The notes under the pieces were generated by a model, which was not told the DNA's origin, made no database searches, and saw nothing but the letters and a program-made list of their open reading frames with translations. Made by a program: the position numbers and the translations under genes. Below, piece by piece: positions 60,930-64,000 of a stretch of 64,000 bases of DNA. The stretch is from Promethearchaeia archaeon (lineage in GTDB: Archaea > Asgardarchaeota > Lokiarchaeia > Sigyniarchaeales > SOKP01). The first letter of the stretch is position 1. Every line of letters starts with the position of its first letter. The stretch spans positions 22,685 to 86,684 of the forward strand of contig JAHQWH010000210.1 in NCBI GenBank assembly GCA_029856105.1, written 5' to 3'.

Positions 60930-61180
60930 TAATATTTCTAATTAGATAATTTAAATTCAATTAATGGTAAATTATTTCGGTGTTTTCTTAAATTTATAAA
61001 ATTTCTTTCACCCTCCGGCGTTAAGCAGCTCTGTGTGAGATTTATAGAATGGATTTTCTTAATTAGGTCCTGATATTACACTCTCAATAAATCTTTTCAA
61101 GTAAATATTTCAAGTTTCATGAAATTTCTCAAATAAATCTACTAAATAAATAAATATTTAGCCTATTTCTCTATTATCAA

Positions 61181-61645
61181 ATGAAACTAATACAAAAATT
61201 AATAAAAAAGAAGGACACTCTCAAGGAAAGTTTCTTTAAAAGCGTTATATATAGGATAATAACTATCTTTCTTGGAATGCTAGTTCTTTTAACAGTTACA
61301 GGGGATTTAATTGCTGCTTTTTCCATTGGATTTGCCACAGAAACAGTTCAATTTATTAATTATTTTTTCTATGAAGCGATATGGACTAATTATCACGACA
61401 AACGATTAAGACTCAAAATTGAAAGGACAAAGGAGGTTGATATTAAATTAGATTTTGATCTACTAAAAGAGATTTCTTTTGAATTTTCTCAAACAGATGC
61501 TTACGTCAAAGAAGCGCATGAGTCTATATTGTCTTTTTTTGAGAAATTATTGCAAAACGAGAATTTAGCAGAAATACACGAAGACATTCAAAGAGACAAG
61601 AATTATTTTGAATTAAAACATAAAGATAGGAGTTTTATGCGATAA
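61181..61645 (+). CDS. DUF2061-like membrane protein
   Basis: SFFKSVIYRII...YFFYEAIW. Confidence 0.75.
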   Translation: MKLIQKLIKKKDTLKESFFKSVIYRIITIFLGMLVLLTVTGDLIAAFSIGFATETVQFINYFFYEAIWTNYHDKRLRLKIERTKEVDIKLDFDLLKEISFEFSQTDAYVKEAHESILSFFEKLLQNENLAEIHEDIQRDKNYFELKHKDRSFMR

Positions 61646-61734
61646 TTACATAATTTTACCTAATAATACACCGCCCAACACAAGCAATCGAGAATAAAAG
61701 AAGAGTGTTTCACTTGAAATTAATTTAAAAAAAG

Positions 61735-62547
61735 TTAGTCTAAAAAATCTTTAGTTGTTTGAACGTACTGTTTAAATTGCTCTCTCCGAATGCTATGACC
61801 TGCACCTTCGATTTTCACCCATTTTCCGGCTTTACTCACATCCATTATTTTCTGGGCTAGCTTGTCGGATGTTATCCCTTTATCGGCGGTGATGAGTAGA
61901 ATTGGACAAGAGATTTTATCAATTATTTCCTCCCATTTATATTTATTTTTAAACATTTTAAATATTAAATTAGGATCTTTCTCCCTAAATTGAATTTTTG
62001 ACTCTGCCCAAGGTTTTAAATCTTCGTCAGACCATAATGGGGTTTGCTTATGCCCTTTCTTTATAAGTTCTTCATATGTGCCATTTAAAAATCGAGGTAA
62101 TATTATTTTCATCGCAATTTTTAAGGAAGATTTTTTAATCGATGATATTTCACTCATACTAAAGCCGGGATCTTCGAGAACAATCTTTCTAATAAGATCG
62201 GGATATTTTGCTGCTACTAAAGCAGCTGTATCAGCCCCCATAGAGTGACCAACTAACTGTATTTTATCTAAATTAAGTTCTTTAATTAGTAGAGCAATAT
62301 CATCTGCCATTGCTTCGTAAGTCCATGTTTCATCAGATATATGAGTCAATCCATGACCTCTAGCATCGGGTAAAATCACATCATAGTCACTAGCTAAAAC
62401 ACGACTAAGAGGCGTCCAACACAATCCATTATCCATGACGCCATGAAGAAGTAACACAGGAGTTTTGTCCCCTCCTGTTCGATAATAATGAATCTTATTT
62501 CCGTTATTAGTAACAAAACCGGATTTCCACTCTATACTTCTGCTCAA
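61735..62547 (-). CDS. Alpha/beta hydrolase
   Basis: LLHGV, PDARGHG, GHSMG, GAGHSI. Confidence 0.9.
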   Translation of the reverse strand: MSRSIEWKSGFVTNNGNKIHYYRTGGDKTPVLLLHGVMDNGLCWTPLSRVLASDYDVILPDARGHGLTHISDETWTYEAMADDIALLIKELNLDKIQLVGHSMGADTAALVAAKYPDLIRKIVLEDPGFSMSEISSIKKSSLKIAMKIILPRFLNGTYEELIKKGHKQTPLWSDEDLKPWAESKIQFREKDPNLIFKMFKNKYKWEEIIDKISCPILLITADKGITSDKLAQKIMDVSKAGKWVKIEGAGHSIRREQFKQYVQTTKDFLD

Positions 62548-62622
62548 CTCGAAAAATTCATTTTAATATAGTTAGTTTAAAAGACAAAGGATTGGATTTA
62601 TTACCAATAAAAAATAGAGAAA

Positions 62623-63171
62623 TTAAAGCATACCAGCATTTTCCATCATTTTACGCGTGATATGTTCGAATATTTCTTCCACATTAACTCCTGTTTTAGA
62701 AGAACACTCATAAATACCTTGTAAATTGTGGGTCTTAGACAACTCAATAGCTTCAGCGGTTTCAACAGATCGTTTATCCTCAAGATCCAACTTTCCTCCA
62801 ACCATAACTATAGGTATTTTTATTTGTTGGCCTTTCACATTTCTTTCAAAAATTGAGAGCCAATCGTCTAAGTTCTTTATACTTGTGTATCTTGAAATAT
62901 CATACATGAAGATCCCCCCATCAGCGCCTTTCGCAAAACTAGGTAAAAGAACTTTGAAGCGTTCCTCTCCGGCAAAATCCCATATTCGAACGACAACTTT
63001 TTTCCCTTCAATTTCGAACGTCTTAATAGAAAAATCAGCACCAATCGTCATTCGTATCGAATCTTCTTTAAATACTCTAGTAAGGTATCTTTGAACAAGC
63101 GTGGTCTTTCCTACGCCTCCATCTCCAAAAATACATAGTTTAAACGCACCATCTCGATCGATTTTAAACAC
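62623..63171 (-). CDS. Rab-like small GTPase
   Basis: GDGGVGKT, TIGADF, WDFAGEERF, GKLD, ECSSKTG. Confidence 0.92.
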   Translation of the reverse strand: MFKIDRDGAFKLCIFGDGGVGKTTLVQRYLTRVFKEDSIRMTIGADFSIKTFEIEGKKVVVRIWDFAGEERFKVLLPSFAKGADGGIFMYDISRYTSIKNLDDWLSIFERNVKGQQIKIPIVMVGGKLDLEDKRSVETAEAIELSKTHNLQGIYECSSKTGVNVEEIFEHITRKMMENAGML

Positions 63172-63357
63172 CTCATTAACAATAATATAACACAGTTTTT
63201 CTTCGAATTATATTATTAATCCTTAAAAGGATTATTCATTAAAAATTTTATCTGAATATCTCAATATATAGGTTAATAATTCTTCCGTACTTAATTATAG
63301 TTTTAACTTATATACAGAACAAAAATAATAAATAACATATCATATAAAAGTAAAATT

Positions 63358-64000
63358 ATGTCAGATCAAAAAATTTATCACAAACATTGGCCAGAGGGTG
63401 TTCCGAAAGAAGTTGACATCCCAAATAAAACATTAATTGATTTTCTTGAAGATTCTGTGAAAACTTACCCAGATAACATTGTATCATATTTCATGGGGTT
63501 TGAACTCACATATACTATGTTGCTTGACATTGTATACCGAGTTGCGACTAAATTAACAGAACTTGGTATAAAGAAAGGTGATTGCGTTGCAATCCAGTTT
63601 ACTAATAACCCCGCATTCATAGCCTATTATTATGGTATTTTAAAAATAGGGGGCGTAGTTACGCCAATCTCACCTTTGTTTAAGAAATTAGAGATAAAAC
63701 GACAGCTAATCGATAGTGGCGCAAAAGTATATATTGGATGGGAGGGATTTATGGGATTAGTTGATCCGATAGTTAACGATACTGGCGTACTACATAAATT
63801 TTATAGCAATTTAGGCCCTTATTTATCTCCAGATCCTATGGCTCCACCTGAATTTTCAATGGAAGGAGAACCCTCTTTTGAAGACTTAATAAGAGAGACT
63901 CTACCAAACCCGCCTGCAGTCGAAATCACTCGAGACGATTTAGCTCAGCTACAATATACTGGTGGGACTACGGGATTCCCAAAAGGAGCAATGCTGACAC
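63358..64000 (+). CDS. Long-chain fatty acid--CoA ligase (3' end runs off window)
   Basis: Not in ORF track; manual translation from ATG 63358 MSDQKIYHKHWPEGVP... ending LQYTGGTTGFPKGAMLT (AMP-binding motif). Confidence 0.93.
   Translation, partial: MSDQKIYHKHWPEGVPKEVDIPNKTLIDFLEDSVKTYPDNIVSYFMGFELTYTMLLDIVYRVATKLTELGIKKGDCVAIQFTNNPAFIAYYYGILKIGGVVTPISPLFKKLEIKRQLIDSGAKVYIGWEGFMGLVDPIVNDTGVLHKFYSNLGPYLSPDPMAPPEFSMEGEPSFEDLIRETLPNPPAVEITRDDLAQLQYTGGTTGFPKGAMLT

Noticed and set aside
61010-61085. TPP-riboswitch-like words (TGAGA, CCTGAT) in a slightly GC-richer intergenic patch
   Set aside because: It lacks the P4/P5 TAAT...CGnAGG elements and the pairing; it may be a degraded gene remnant, but I cannot support that.
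748-63094. Numerous 60-156 aa ORFs antisense to or nested in longer genes (e.g. 748-954, 5872-6231, 22654-23061, 27809-28279, 46947-47369, 57189-57503, 62726-63094)
   Set aside because: They are shadow frames of well-supported genes with Ser/Ile/Phe-rich antisense composition and no motifs.
1-64000. Mobile elements, prophage, rRNA/tRNA genes, defence island
   Set aside because: No transposase, integrase, terminal inverted repeats or structured GC-rich RNA segments were recognised by eye; a covariance-model scan would be needed to exclude small RNAs.

Overview
Gene-dense, very AT-rich chromosomal segment of an archaeon, most likely an Asgard archaeon (Lokiarchaeia-like; inferred from gene content, not from a phylogeny). 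It carries archaeal housekeeping genes: HdrA-like (partial), GTP-PEPCK, thermosome, TrpRS, TrmI, GlyA, RpoD-L18e-L13-S9, AroA/AroC, Sm, RIO2, a 2-oxoacid:ferredoxin oxidoreductase gamma/delta/alpha/beta set, MutS/MutL, EF-1beta and an acyl-CoA ligase (partial). Mixed in are eukaryotic-signature-type genes: Rag-like, Rab-like and MglA/conservon-like small GTPases, a PPP phosphatase, a Clp1-like kinase and a gelsolin-domain protein. I found no rRNA, tRNA, CRISPR array or recognisable mobile element. The strongest leads are: (1) a gelsolin-like domain fused to four transmembrane helices, a candidate actin-membrane anchor; (2) a circularly permuted ATP-grasp ligase without its usual partners, near a GNAT, an uncalled PARP-type-like Zn-finger microprotein and a protein with a ~50% acidic tract; (3) a small GTPase with a natural Gln-to-Leu switch II substitution and a probable winged-helix tail; (4) a flippase carrying an extracellular GATase-like domain; (5) two clear operator architectures, a tandem 31-bp repeat at thermosome/Lrp and twin palindromes at TetR. 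All family calls come from motif recognition by eye, not from database searches.
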